A stretch of DNA of 64,000 nucleotides from an uncultured Candidatus Saccharibacteria bacterium (GTDB lineage Bacteria > Patescibacteriota > Minisyncoccia > Phycocordibacterales > JAKFXT01), in assembly GCA_964385825.1 (NCBI GenBank), contig CAYLPX010000001.1, positions 8,124 through 72,123 on the forward strand, given 5' to 3'. This document shows positions 39,461 to 48,822 of the stretch, piece by piece. The notes below the pieces were generated by a model that was not told the origin of the DNA, searched no databases, and saw only the letters and a list, made by a program, of their open reading frames with translations. The position numbers and the translations under genes were made by a program. Positions within the stretch are counted from its first letter, which is position 1. Every line of letters begins with the position of its first letter.

Positions 39461-40072
39461 CTATTTATGAAGCTTCGCATCATCAGCTACTCTCCAGAAA
39501 TACCAAGCAGCATAACTAGCTACTTCGCGCCATGGTTTAGCGCGTCTTTCCATGGCTTTTTTATCTGGTAATTCTTTTAGTTTGTATACGATTTGGAATC
39601 CTTTGCGCACTCCAAGGTCACCGGTAGGGAGAATGTTTGGTCGGTTTAGGGTGAAAATAAGGAACATATGTACCGACCATTCGCCAATCCCTTTAATCTG
39701 CAGAAGGTGTTCCACAATGTCTTCATTGGTCATACGCCTTAACTTCTTTGATTCTATGGTTCCATCACTAAATTTCACTGCTAGGTCATGAAGGTAGGTA
39801 CACTTTTGAGTAGAAAGTCCAACAGAGCGAAGTTTTGCAAGGTTTATACTCAAAACATCTTCTGGGGTGGGGAACGTGTCAGTATTTTCAAATAACGCTA
39901 AGAATCGGTTGTAAATGGTGAGCGCTGCTTTGCCAGAGAGTTGTTGATATACGATAGAGCGCACTAGTGCTTGAAAAGGATCAGTTCCACGCCCTAGTTT
40001 TGGTTTGCCGTATTTTTGTATGAGCGAGGGAAAATGCTTATCGGCACTAAGTATGTTTAGATACGTCTCCAT
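39461..40072 (-). CDS. HhH-GPD DNA glycosylase (AlkA / 3-methyladenine glycosylase II-like)
   Basis: LQIKGIGEWSVHMFLIF...PTGDLGVRKG helix-hairpin-helix GPD with catalytic Asp. Confidence 0.75.
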   Translation of the reverse strand: METYLNILSADKHFPSLIQKYGKPKLGRGTDPFQALVRSIVYQQLSGKAALTIYNRFLALFENTDTFPTPEDVLSINLAKLRSVGLSTQKCTYLHDLAVKFSDGTIESKKLRRMTNEDIVEHLLQIKGIGEWSVHMFLIFTLNRPNILPTGDLGVRKGFQIVYKLKELPDKKAMERRAKPWREVASYAAWYFWRVADDAKLHK

Positions 40073-40075
40073 GGG

Positions 40076-41440
40076 CTAGTTGATATGGAGGAATCCTTTT
40101 TGATTGAGAAGTAGGGGGATAATACCGATTGCTATTCCACCAATTCCAACAATAACGGTAATGGTGTCAAAGGTGTGTATGCTGTAAAGGGCTATGAAAA
40201 AAAGGAACAACCCACTACCAGCTGGCCAAAAAATATGAGTAATAGATTGCCAAAAACCTTTGGTTAAAAGGTTGCGAAAATGCCATGCACAAGCAAGGCC
40301 AGTAAGGCCGAGGTAGAAACAGATTTGAAATCCAAGCGCTGTTATAGAGTCTTCTAGAATAATATTAATGGTTGGCAAGTAAGAGGAAATAAAAAGGAGT
40401 AAAAGCCCAGCTGCCCAAATAAACAAAATCGCAATATACGGTGTCTGCCATTGTGGGTGGAGTCGTGAGTAACGAGGATGAAGGGCGCCGGCACGTCCTT
40501 TTGCAAAGAGAGTACGGGTAAATTGAAGAATTTGAGTCTCCACTGTCCCAACGGTACTAAGTAGCACGGCAATGATAGCAACATATCCCCATGTTTTGCC
40601 AAATAGTTTTTCCGCAATAGCAAAGATGATGTTGGTGTTGTAATGCTGTATTTCAGCATCTGTTAATCCAAGGAGGGTAATGACGATGAATAATAGAAAG
40701 AAACAGATGAGGAAGATCATGGTCCAAAAAGTTGCGCGGCCCGGAGTTCGTTCTCTGTCTTTAGTCTCTTCACTTAAGTTCATAGTAACGTCCCAGCCAT
40801 AGTAGAAGAAAATAGCAATAAGAGCCCCGCTCGCAAATAATTGAGGTGAAAAATTAAAGGGGGAGAACCATTGCCAAGAAAATGTGTGGGTAGCAATATG
40901 TGGGAATACCATAAAGCTACCTACCATAATGGCAAGTAAAATAATGCCCTCAATGATAGTCATGAGTACTTGAACAAAACTAGTTAGTTTTATTCCCTTG
41001 ATAACCACTGCGCAGATAAAAGTAAGCCATAGTGCAGCGATAGCTGTTACCCAATGCACGTTGTTCATGAGATCTGGTTTTATGATAAGGAGTGTTGCAT
41101 TTGCAGCAGGAATCATAGCTGAAACCATGAAGATACAACAAAGAACTAGGAGTGCCCAACCTGCGAAGAATCCCCATGTTTTACCGAAGACCATAGAGAC
41201 CCAGGCAAAGGAGGTACCCGCATTGGCAGAAGCTTTATTGAGATTAATAAAGGCAAAAGCAATACCGAACATAATAAGCCCGCAAAGCAAAATGCTTGCG
41301 GGGGAGAATATACCGGCCGTTGCAATAATGGTAGAAGTAGTGATTTCAATACTATAAGCCGGAGCAGTACCGGCTATACCCATAATGATTGACTCAGTGA
41401 GCCCTAGTGCATTTTTTGCCAGCTTGGGGGTGTTTTCCAT
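40076..41440 (-). CDS. APC-superfamily amino acid permease
   Basis: 454 aa, about 12 TM helices. Confidence 0.7.
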   Translation of the reverse strand: MENTPKLAKNALGLTESIIMGIAGTAPAYSIEITTSTIIATAGIFSPASILLCGLIMFGIAFAFINLNKASANAGTSFAWVSMVFGKTWGFFAGWALLVLCCIFMVSAMIPAANATLLIIKPDLMNNVHWVTAIAALWLTFICAVVIKGIKLTSFVQVLMTIIEGIILLAIMVGSFMVFPHIATHTFSWQWFSPFNFSPQLFASGALIAIFFYYGWDVTMNLSEETKDRERTPGRATFWTMIFLICFFLLFIVITLLGLTDAEIQHYNTNIIFAIAEKLFGKTWGYVAIIAVLLSTVGTVETQILQFTRTLFAKGRAGALHPRYSRLHPQWQTPYIAILFIWAAGLLLLFISSYLPTINIILEDSITALGFQICFYLGLTGLACAWHFRNLLTKGFWQSITHIFWPAGSGLFLFFIALYSIHTFDTITVIVGIGGIAIGIIPLLLNQKGFLHIN

Positions 41441-41518
41441 ACAGAAGCGAATGTTCTAAGTATACAAAACATTTAAAACAAGGGAAGCATAATGATTTTG
41501 CACTTCAAAATAATATGA

Positions 41519-42655
41519 TTATGTTGCTTGGTAACCCATTTTTTCGTGCTTGCGTGCTGTAAGTGTTGGGAAAGAAACTCGGACCGTGGTTCCACTTCCT
41601 AAGGCACTTTTTATAAATATTTTCCCGTTATGAATTTTGACTAATTCATTAACTATGGCGAGCCCTAAACCACTACCACCATGGACTCTGGCTCGCGATG
41701 GGTCTGCGCGGTAAAAAGGTTCAAATACATGAGTCAGATCTTTTTCAGAAATTCCAACACCCGAATCTTCGATCCTTAGTTCCACGAAATTATCATAGGT
41801 TGGCTCTATAATTATTTGAATAGACCCATTTTTTGGCGTGTACTGAATTGCATTTTTAAGTAAGTTAATAATGATTTGTCCAACTCCAACCGGCTTTCCT
41901 TCAATTATATTATTACCATTCTTTTTAATAGTAATCTGTAAATTCTTACTTTTTATAAGTTCGGATAATTTTTCTACAATATCATCAATAATGAAACCCA
42001 AGTCAACGTGTTCAAACTTAATATGTTCCGCCCGTACGAGGACATTAAAAGAAAGTAAGTTGTTAATGGTATCCGAAATGCGCTCCAACTCCTCAATGTT
42101 ACTTAAAAGGGTCTTTCGCACGTACCAATCTTCAAAGTTTTTCTGCATTAAAGAAACCTCCATACTGGTTTTCATAACTGCAAGTGGGGTGCGAAGCTCA
42201 TGAGCAATGTTGCCAATAAATTGTTTCTGCATTTTAAGACTGTTGCGCGCGGGTATAAGGGTGACACGGGCCACGAGATAACCAAAAAGTGCTGTGATAC
42301 CAACAATAATTCCTGCTATTTTAAAAAGGTTTCGTGTTTTTAGATAGGTGTATCCACTTGCAATTGAGTTGAGAGCTGTTGGAGTAGTGACTCCGTTTTT
42401 GTTCACATTATTGATAATTTCTTCAAACAGAACTTTACTGATGTCGTGGTAGAGATAGTCAAAGGCAAAACCAATTGTGATTAGTATGAATATGATAAAA
42501 GATATCTGAAGCGCTATCACATTGCATTCAGTGCGAAAGAAAAAATCAAAGCGGTATCTATTGGCGAAGTCGGTAACCCAACCCTCTAACCGTTTCAAAA
42601 ACGTCTTCGTATTTATTAAGCTGTAGTTTTTTTCTAAGATTTTTAACATGTACAT
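41519..42655 (-). CDS. sensor histidine kinase
   Basis: H-box IAHELRTPLAVM, G-box GGSGLGLAIVNELVKIHNGKIFI; overlaps upstream RR by about 98 nt, so true start may be a downstream non-ATG codon. Confidence 0.85.
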   Translation of the reverse strand: MYMLKILEKNYSLINTKTFLKRLEGWVTDFANRYRFDFFFRTECNVIALQISFIIFILITIGFAFDYLYHDISKVLFEEIINNVNKNGVTTPTALNSIASGYTYLKTRNLFKIAGIIVGITALFGYLVARVTLIPARNSLKMQKQFIGNIAHELRTPLAVMKTSMEVSLMQKNFEDWYVRKTLLSNIEELERISDTINNLLSFNVLVRAEHIKFEHVDLGFIIDDIVEKLSELIKSKNLQITIKKNGNNIIEGKPVGVGQIIINLLKNAIQYTPKNGSIQIIIEPTYDNFVELRIEDSGVGISEKDLTHVFEPFYRADPSRARVHGGSGLGLAIVNELVKIHNGKIFIKSALGSGTTVRVSFPTLTARKHEKMGYQAT

Positions 42656-43232
42656 CTATTACATTACTAAAAGATTCATAATTGAAATCCCATAGGTTAC
42701 TTAATAATTCTTCACGATTAATGACCCGTGTTGGTCTTCGCATAAAGTATTCCAGCAAATAAAACTCTTTGATGGTAAGTGGTATTTCCTTACCCCCACG
42801 AGTCACAGAGTGTGCTGCTGTGTCTAGGGAGATACCAGCAAACTCAAGGGTGGCTGGTGTTATGGTGGCTGGTCTTCTTGATAAAGCCGTAATACGAGCA
42901 AGGAGCTCATCAAAAGAAAACGGTTTTACTAAGTAATCATCAGCTCCACTTAACAGGAGTTTTACTTTAACTTCAATTTCATCCCGAGCGGTGAGGATAA
43001 GAACGGGAACGGTAATATTTAGTGCTCTAATATTTTTGCAAATAGTTTCTCCATCCATGGTTGGCAACATGAGGTCAAGAAGGATAAGGTCATAATCTTT
43101 TGGACGATTAACAATACGTGTTTCAGCTATCTTTCCATCAGAGATTATGTCGGTAATGTACCCCTTGAGTTTCAAACCTTCAGCCAACGTTTCAGCTAAT
43201 TTTGTTTCATCTTCAACGATCAGTATTTTCAT
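42558..43232 (-). CDS. OmpR-family response regulator
   Basis: MKILIVEDE, DLILLDLMLP receiver; winged-helix C-terminus. Confidence 0.9.
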   Translation of the reverse strand: MKILIVEDETKLAETLAEGLKLKGYITDIISDGKIAETRIVNRPKDYDLILLDLMLPTMDGETICKNIRALNITVPVLILTARDEIEVKVKLLLSGADDYLVKPFSFDELLARITALSRRPATITPATLEFAGISLDTAAHSVTRGGKEIPLTIKEFYLLEYFMRRPTRVINREELLSNLWDFNYESFSNVIDVHVKNLRKKLQLNKYEDVFETVRGLGYRLRQ

Positions 43233-43554
43233 TAGATTTGGGGCATAGTGGTTCGTAATAGTCCCCAGAGACCGCTCGAGCTAATTGGGATCTATAAGAT
43301 AGAGATATTTAGTGACTATCACAGTAAGACTACCATAGTTAAATGAAGTTTGGATGAAGATATGGGGTTCAGGGCTTCATCTTCGCTACATCATTGAATT
43401 GTTAAAGTTTTACTAGTGAGCAGAAGGGTAAGGAGTATGTCGTGTAATTTACATAATATAAAAGTCGGTTCCGAATAGTAATACTGTCGGAAAAAATTAA
43501 AGAAAACTACTTATCTTAATGCTCACCTAAATTACAAATTATTATTTAAAATAT

Positions 43555-44226
43555 ATGAAAATTATTACAACAAAGAAGATATTTATGGATATAGGGTTAA
43601 TTCTTGCTTTTGCTTTTGGAATCATGAGTATCCCTTTTCTAGTAAGTGCCGCAACCCTTGATCGTGAGTTACAGATGGGTATGTCAGGATCGGATGTTTC
43701 TTCACTTCAGACGTTTCTTGCACAAGACAACACTATTTACCCACAGGGACTAGTAACAGGATATTTCGGTTCTCTTACTAAGTCAGCAGTTTCAAACTTC
43801 CAGGCTCGCAATGGTATTGCAACGGTTGGTCGTGTGGGACCCCAGACACTTCCTGTTATCAATGCTCAAATGGCAAATGGTATGAATGGTGGAAGTACTA
43901 GTGTAGGTGGAGACATTTATGCCCCTGTTATTTCAAACACAAGTGTAAATACAACTGGTAATACTGCAAATGTGTCTTGGAATACAAATGAATATGCTCG
44001 TGGAGTTGTCTACTATGGAACTAGTTATCTGATGGAATATGAACTACCACATTCAGTGACTATAACAGGTGGTAATACAGCTTCATCTGACAACAATCTT
44101 CGAACTTCACAAAATGTGTCTATAAGTGGTTTGCAGTCAAACAGTACATACTTTTACATTGTGTATGTGACTGATGGATCAGGAAATGTGAGTTTAACCC
44201 TCCCTGCTACCTTCCATACAAACTAA
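43555..44226 (+). CDS. secreted protein with N-terminal peptidoglycan-binding domain and FN3-like domain
   Basis: Signal anchor; PG_binding_1-like SSLQTFLAQDNTIYPQGLVTGYFGSLTKSAVSNFQ; FN3-like ANVSWNTNEYARGVVYYG. Confidence 0.65.
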   Translation: MKIITTKKIFMDIGLILAFAFGIMSIPFLVSAATLDRELQMGMSGSDVSSLQTFLAQDNTIYPQGLVTGYFGSLTKSAVSNFQARNGIATVGRVGPQTLPVINAQMANGMNGGSTSVGGDIYAPVISNTSVNTTGNTANVSWNTNEYARGVVYYGTSYLMEYELPHSVTITGGNTASSDNNLRTSQNVSISGLQSNSTYFYIVYVTDGSGNVSLTLPATFHTN

Positions 44227-44235
44227 TAAACTCAT

Positions 44236-44280
44236 AAAAAAAACCGCTCATTGTTATAACAGTAGAGCGGTTTTCTTTTA
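44236..44280 (+). terminator. rho-independent terminator
   Basis: aaaaaaaaCCGCTCattgttataacagtaGAGCGGttttctttt. Confidence 0.65.
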
Positions 44281-44300
44281 GAAAAATAACTAATAAAAAA

Positions 44301-44789
44301 ATGTCAGAAAATAATACAATTATCGGTGTCATTGTGGTATTAATCATAGTTGCAGGTGGTTTCTTGTGGTGGGTTAATGGGGATACTTCTAAGGGAGCTG
44401 TGGTTGTGACGGCCACAACAACCGTAGCAACAACTACTACTAACTCTACCGATACGGAAGTAGATCCTGTTGAAAAGGCATACACGCAAACAAGAGTACT
44501 TGAAAAGGGGGTATATGTAACTATAGTAAATCTTACGGAAGAAGGTTTTGTGCCACCGATTGTGTACATCAACAAGGGCGAGGCTGTTCGCTTTATCAAC
44601 AAGGCTACAGATTCTATGAGAGTTGCTACCAATGAGTTCCAGAGTATCCCTCTCTACGCAGGATTCGGGCAGGAAAAGAGTGTTGGTAAGGGGGGAACCT
44701 ACGCTTTCACCTTTATGCAAAAGGGGGTTTGGGGATACAACAATATGAATGGCACTCCAAAGGTATATGGAGTGGTATATGTAAGATAG
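44301..44789 (+). CDS. hypothetical membrane-anchored protein with Thr-rich linker and beta-rich ectodomain
   Basis: N-terminal TM, TATTTVATTTTNSTDT linker. Confidence 0.45.
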   Translation: MSENNTIIGVIVVLIIVAGGFLWWVNGDTSKGAVVVTATTTVATTTTNSTDTEVDPVEKAYTQTRVLEKGVYVTIVNLTEEGFVPPIVYINKGEAVRFINKATDSMRVATNEFQSIPLYAGFGQEKSVGKGGTYAFTFMQKGVWGYNNMNGTPKVYGVVYVR

Positions 44790-45009
44790 TGTAAAGACTA
44801 TGCTTACTACCATCGCGGTCGTATTACTTCTCTTGTGGTTCCTTGGTATTGTAACTTCCTATACTGTATATGGTTTTATCCATATTCTGTTGGTAGTTGC
44901 AGTGATACTATTTCTTCTAAGAATTATTAGGGGAGACAGACTCTCTTAGATAAGGACAGGTAGTTATAACATAAAACCCCTCTTTGGTTAGCCAATGAGG
45001 GGTTTTATG

Positions 45010-45858
45010 TTAGCGGTTAAGTATGGTAACAAAATCCTCAAAATTATCACTCACAAGATAGCCACGGGATTTAAAAATATCATCAGCGCTATGGTACACA
45101 CCTTTATAGGTTGTTCGACTGGTTATGTACCCGGCTTCCTTAACTAGGGCTTCAAGTTCAGGACTAGTATATCCAAAGGGAGAAGCGAAATGGTTAACAG
45201 GCTTACCAAGCTTCTCCTCTAAGATTCTTTTGCTTTCGAAAACCTCTGCTTTCATTTCTGCGGGTGTTAGCTTACTGAAGTAGGGATGGGAAACACTGTG
45301 GCTCTCAATAGGCATTCCAGCATCACTCATTTCTTTCACCTGATCCCAAGAGAGAAAATGTTTTTTGCCGATTGGGTTGGTGTAAATATAAAAAGTAGCT
45401 ATGAAATGATATTTTTTAAGTAAGGGAAAGGCGTAGGTGTATTGGTTGTGCCATCCATCATCAAAACCTAGGACAACCGGCTTTTGTACAGGTGAGGTAG
45501 TACCTGTCGCTATATAGTGTGCCACATCATCCATGGTAACAGGGGTGTAATCATTAATCGCAAGGTAGGCTAGTTGTTTGCGGAAAAGTTCAGGAGTGAT
45601 GTCGTAACGGTCTTGTGATGCAGATTCTCCTTGCTCATATGGCTTAACGCTATGATAGATAAAAATGGGGATTTTGACCGCCCCGATAGTGACAGTGTTT
45701 TCTGGTTCTGCCTGGAAAAGAAACTCTTCAAGGAGCGCTCCCTCAGGAATAGTATCTTCGTCGGCAATAATATTTTGTTTTGCATCAAGGTGCCCAATAA
45801 AAAGAGCACTACCAAGTAGTACTAAAATTGCAATAATAAGCGCTATATTTCTTCGCAT
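45010..45858 (-). CDS. polysaccharide deacetylase (CE4 / NodB homology)
   Basis: VVLGFDDGWHNQ ... ESHSVSHPYF motifs. Confidence 0.85.
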   Translation of the reverse strand: MRRNIALIIAILVLLGSALFIGHLDAKQNIIADEDTIPEGALLEEFLFQAEPENTVTIGAVKIPIFIYHSVKPYEQGESASQDRYDITPELFRKQLAYLAINDYTPVTMDDVAHYIATGTTSPVQKPVVLGFDDGWHNQYTYAFPLLKKYHFIATFYIYTNPIGKKHFLSWDQVKEMSDAGMPIESHSVSHPYFSKLTPAEMKAEVFESKRILEEKLGKPVNHFASPFGYTSPELEALVKEAGYITSRTTYKGVYHSADDIFKSRGYLVSDNFEDFVTILNR

Positions 45859-45916
45859 ATTAAATATGTGAATATAATATCACGAGTCGTCTTTTGTGGT
45901 GGCTATGAGGCTTAAT

Positions 45917-46288
45917 TTATTCATCCCCAACAACCGTCCATTCACTGTAACGAAGCCTCCCTCCAATTTGTAAGTTCAAGTGATGTATAGCACTACCTCT
46001 TTTGAAATAAGCTACACAAATCATGTCTATGCCCGCTCCACAATCTGTAATTTCTGGATAGTCAGTATCTATCACTATTCGCTCAGCTGCTTCTGGGGGA
46101 GTTGGTGGAAGATACACATCCCAACCTTTTTCTAATAGAGCCTCTTTGGTTTCTCGGTAGGTTTGGCCATGTATAAATGAAAAACTTTTTTCATTACCTA
46201 TTACATAGGAGAGACTGAATACCACAATAACTATTATAGCCAACGTTAGTTTTGTAGTATGTCGTGTAATAGGCAGTAATTGAGACAT
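45917..46288 (-). CDS. hypothetical secreted/anchored protein
   Basis: Start set at ATG 46288 (MSQLLPITRHTTKLTLAIIVIVVF signal anchor); track ORF extends to 46420. Confidence 0.35.
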   Translation of the reverse strand: MSQLLPITRHTTKLTLAIIVIVVFSLSYVIGNEKSFSFIHGQTYRETKEALLEKGWDVYLPPTPPEAAERIVIDTDYPEITDCGAGIDMICVAYFKRGSAIHHLNLQIGGRLRYSEWTVVGDE

Positions 46289-46311
46289 GTCGTTTTGTAT
46301 TCCATTTTTAT

Positions 46312-46647
46312 TTAATTCGCAAACGGATAATAGAAACGGACAAGAAAATATATAACGGCAAATGGGATTGGTAACAAGAGCCAGCGGTAGACATACTGCC
46401 AATGCAAGAAAAATCCACAAGCCATAAGTATGCCAGCCAATACGGTGATAGCAGGGAGGGCGAGAAGTGAGAAGTTGATAAACCGTTCAAGTCCAGCAGG
46501 CAAATTAACTCCCGGGCCACTGAAGGCGACAAGTGCAAAATTAAAATAGAACATTGAAGCGGTTGCCACCACCCCCATAAAAAGATATATGTATTTCATT
46601 AGAATATTGTACTTTGTTTTTAGAAGCTGGAAAAGAAGATTAAGCAC
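46312..46647 (-). CDS. small multi-TM membrane protein (paralog of 48823..49152)
   Basis: Shared core LAGxLMxCGFFLxWxxVYxWLLxPIPF with 48823..49152. Confidence 0.5.
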   Translation of the reverse strand: MLNLLFQLLKTKYNILMKYIYLFMGVVATASMFYFNFALVAFSGPGVNLPAGLERFINFSLLALPAITVLAGILMACGFFLHWQYVYRWLLLPIPFAVIYFLVRFYYPFAN

Positions 46648-46705
46648 AGTATTTTCAATAAGTTGTAGTTTTTAAAACCATTTATTTAATTTTGTTGTTT
46701 TTAGT

Positions 46706-46735
46706 ATAAAAAAGCCCCCGCGGAAGCGGGGGGGT
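46706..46735 (-). terminator. GC-clamp intrinsic terminator of 46747..47064 gene
   Basis: minus strand: cacccCCCCGCttccGCGGGGGctttttt. Confidence 0.6.
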
Positions 46736-46746
46736 GGAGTGGACCA

Positions 46747-47064
46747 TCACCTGCGGTAGATGAAAATCCTTTGTTGCGGGGGAGCCCATTGCGGCGCCGG
46801 CTGATAGATCGGCCCGGGGTACATTCCCGTGGCGCCGGCCACTTGCGGCACCTGTGGGTAGTACAGCTGTCCCGGAGCCCGATAAAGCGGCTGCCCTGCG
46901 TACCCTTGCCCAGGATACATGGGCGTGGTGCCGGCGTACGGCTGGTACATCGGCCCATTCGGGATGAACCGCGAGCCTTGATAGTAACGATAACCCTGGG
47001 CTTCCGCGATACTTGCCACGGAAAGCCCGAGGCAGGCGACAGCAACAGCGAGGAACTTGTTCAT
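46747..47064 (-). CDS. small secreted Tyr/Pro/Gln/Gly-rich low-complexity protein (GC-rich gene)
   Basis: Signal peptide MNKFLAVAVACLGLSVASIAEA; YYQG/PMYQPYAG/QGYAGQPLY repeats; AAGGAG SD 7 nt upstream; own promoter and terminator; about 65% GC. Confidence 0.65.
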   Translation of the reverse strand: MNKFLAVAVACLGLSVASIAEAQGYRYYQGSRFIPNGPMYQPYAGTTPMYPGQGYAGQPLYRAPGQLYYPQVPQVAGATGMYPGPIYQPAPQWAPPQQRIFIYRR

Positions 47065-47111
47065 GGAACTCTCCTTTCAAGAGAGTTGGTTTCGAGGGTG
47101 ACCTGTAATTT

Positions 47112-47140
47112 ACAATACGAGTTAGGTGACTTCGTGTCAA
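47112..47140 (-). promoter_or_regulatory. sigma70-like promoter for 46747..47064
   Basis: minus strand TTGACA - 17 nt - TATTGT about 45 nt upstream of ATG. Confidence 0.4.
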
Positions 47141-47186
47141 GACAGTAAAGTGGCTCAAGTTTAGCGAGCTTGGTATAGTACTTATT

Positions 47187-47435
47187 ATGACCGCGAAAAT
47201 TTCAAATGGCGTAGTGCACAAAGTACCCCTCGATTTAGAAAAGGCGATTATTGGAGCGCCTAAGGTAAGAGCTTTGTGGGAAAGTATTACCCCGCTTGCG
47301 CGCAATGAGTGGATTTGTTGGGTTACCTCTGGCAAAAAAGCCGAGACGAGAAATATTCGTATAGAAAAGGCACTTTCAAAAATGAAAGGCGGCATGCGCC
47401 GCCCCTGCTGCTGGGCGGGGTGTACACATCGGTAG
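47187..47435 (+). CDS. YdeI/OmdA (DUF1801-like) family small protein
   Basis: ...WICWVTSGKKAETRNIRIEKALSKMKGG... matches OmdA pattern (WI..AK..ETR.RRI); C-terminus RRPCCWAGCTHR. Confidence 0.5.
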   Translation: MTAKISNGVVHKVPLDLEKAIIGAPKVRALWESITPLARNEWICWVTSGKKAETRNIRIEKALSKMKGGMRRPCCWAGCTHR

Positions 47436-47437
47436 AG
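47402..47437 (+). repeat. 36-bp direct repeat copy 1 (3' end of YdeI-like gene)
   Basis: cccctgctgctgggcggggtgtacacatcggtagag; 34/36 identical to copy at 48258. Confidence 0.8.
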
Positions 47438-47465
47438 GTCCGGCAGTTTTACTTATATAGATACT

Positions 47466-48236
47466 ATGGTTAATAAAAAGATCATACTTAGCCTTATCTT
47501 CATTCTAGTTGTGGGAACATCTATTTTTTTGTATGCGAAAACAACTAGAGTGGTAAAGGAGGAAACTCTTGAAGGGAAAATTTATAAAATTTTTGAAAAA
47601 TACTCAAGTCGAAATTTTGATCCTGTTACTCAAAATAATTTGAACTTTTTTTGGTTGAGCGAATCGGGTGTCACGATTTTTACCAATAAGGGAAGTGGGG
47701 TGGTAATGAAGCTAGTAAAGTATTGTAAAGAAGAGAGTAAGACAAATTATAAAGAAAGTGAGATTGAGGCGCTTTTTAAGGAAGTGGAGAAGGTGATGAT
47801 AGAACAGGGGTATAAGGTGGATGCTGCTAATTCTTCTAATTCATTTAATGATGAAAAGTTTGAGGAGCTGTATGTTCGCGGCTTTGAGAAAAATGGAATT
47901 AAATATACTTTGACATTCAACCCAAGCTGCATTTCCTATACTCCTGACGAACCTCTTTTTCAAGAGGTTGAGTTTGTTACAGACCCTAGTTATTCTCAGC
48001 ATTATCTTGAGCAGAAAGAATATCTCGTTGATTTGGGGTTGTTTAAGAATGGAATTTTAGTTGATAAGGTTATTAATAGCTTTGCTGGTTTACATATTGT
48101 GAGTAGGAATTCTGGCGGTTATTACATGATAGTAAAAAAGGTTGATGGAAAGTGGCAAAAAATTGTAGCAGGTCAAGATGCTGATTGTAGTTATTTAAAA
48201 GAAAGGGGTGTACCAAAAGAGTTTGGATGTAATTAG
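47466..48236 (+). CDS. hypothetical membrane-anchored protein (AT-rich inserted gene)
   Basis: 256 aa, N-terminal TM; markedly AT-rich relative to flanks; bracketed by 36-bp direct repeats. Confidence 0.55.
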   Translation: MVNKKIILSLIFILVVGTSIFLYAKTTRVVKEETLEGKIYKIFEKYSSRNFDPVTQNNLNFFWLSESGVTIFTNKGSGVVMKLVKYCKEESKTNYKESEIEALFKEVEKVMIEQGYKVDAANSSNSFNDEKFEELYVRGFEKNGIKYTLTFNPSCISYTPDEPLFQEVEFVTDPSYSQHYLEQKEYLVDLGLFKNGILVDKVINSFAGLHIVSRNSGGYYMIVKKVDGKWQKIVAGQDADCSYLKERGVPKEFGCN

Positions 48237-48257
48237 CTATTGTAGTTTAATACATCA

Positions 48258-48293
48258 CCCCTGCTGTTGGGCGGGGTGTACGCATCGGTAGAG
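48258..48293 (+). repeat. 36-bp direct repeat copy 2
   Basis: cccctgctgttgggcggggtgtacgcatcggtagag; both differences synonymous in the PCCWAGCTHR* reading frame. Confidence 0.8.
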
Positions 48294-48298
48294 AGAGA

Positions 48299-48763
48299 TT
48301 ACTTTCCATCAAATGCAGCTTGCAGGGTGGCGATATCAAACCTCTTCATTTTTAGAAAGGCTTGCGTTACTCGTCCAATTTTTTCTTTATCGCCAGAAGA
48401 CATCATGGTATCCATTACGGTTGGGACAATTTGCCATGAGAGGCCATATTTATCTTTGATCCATCCACACTGCTCGGCTTCTGGCACCGCTGATAGTTTT
48501 TCGGTGTAGTAGTCAATTTCTGCTTGATCTTCACATCGTATGACAAATGATATTGCTTCGGTGAATTTAAATAGTGGCCCTGCGGTCATGAGACTTAGTT
48601 CCTGGCCAAAGATTTCTAGGGTTGCCATTTCGACATTTCCTGATGGGGTATCAGAAAGAGCCCCGTTGCTGTGCAGTTTTGCATTAGGGAAGACGGATAT
48701 ATAAAAATCAGTAATCTCTTTCAGGTTTTTATCAAACCAGAGGAATGGTGTTATTTTTTTCAT
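48299..48763 (-). CDS. VOC/glyoxalase-superfamily protein (PhnB-like)
   Basis: ITPFLWFDKNLKEITDFY...WGLSWQIVP PhnB-like pattern. Confidence 0.7.
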   Translation of the reverse strand: MKKITPFLWFDKNLKEITDFYISVFPNAKLHSNGALSDTPSGNVEMATLEIFGQELSLMTAGPLFKFTEAISFVIRCEDQAEIDYYTEKLSAVPEAEQCGWIKDKYGLSWQIVPTVMDTMMSSGDKEKIGRVTQAFLKMKRFDIATLQAAFDGK

Positions 48764-48822
48764 ACTATGAGTATAGCAAATTAGAGGTTAAGACTAATTT
48801 TCTTATGTAAGAGTGGAGAAGT

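Noticed and set aside
44301-44789. Cupredoxin (blue copper) domain for the membrane-anchored beta-rich protein
   Set aside because: No Cys or His ligands present in the sequence.
46682-47395. 237-aa, 114-aa and 125-aa overlapping ORFs in the GC-rich stretch
   Set aside because: GC-rich DNA yields long open frames; only the 105-aa frame has signal peptide, SD, promoter and terminator; the 237-aa frame also runs antisense through the YdeI-like gene.
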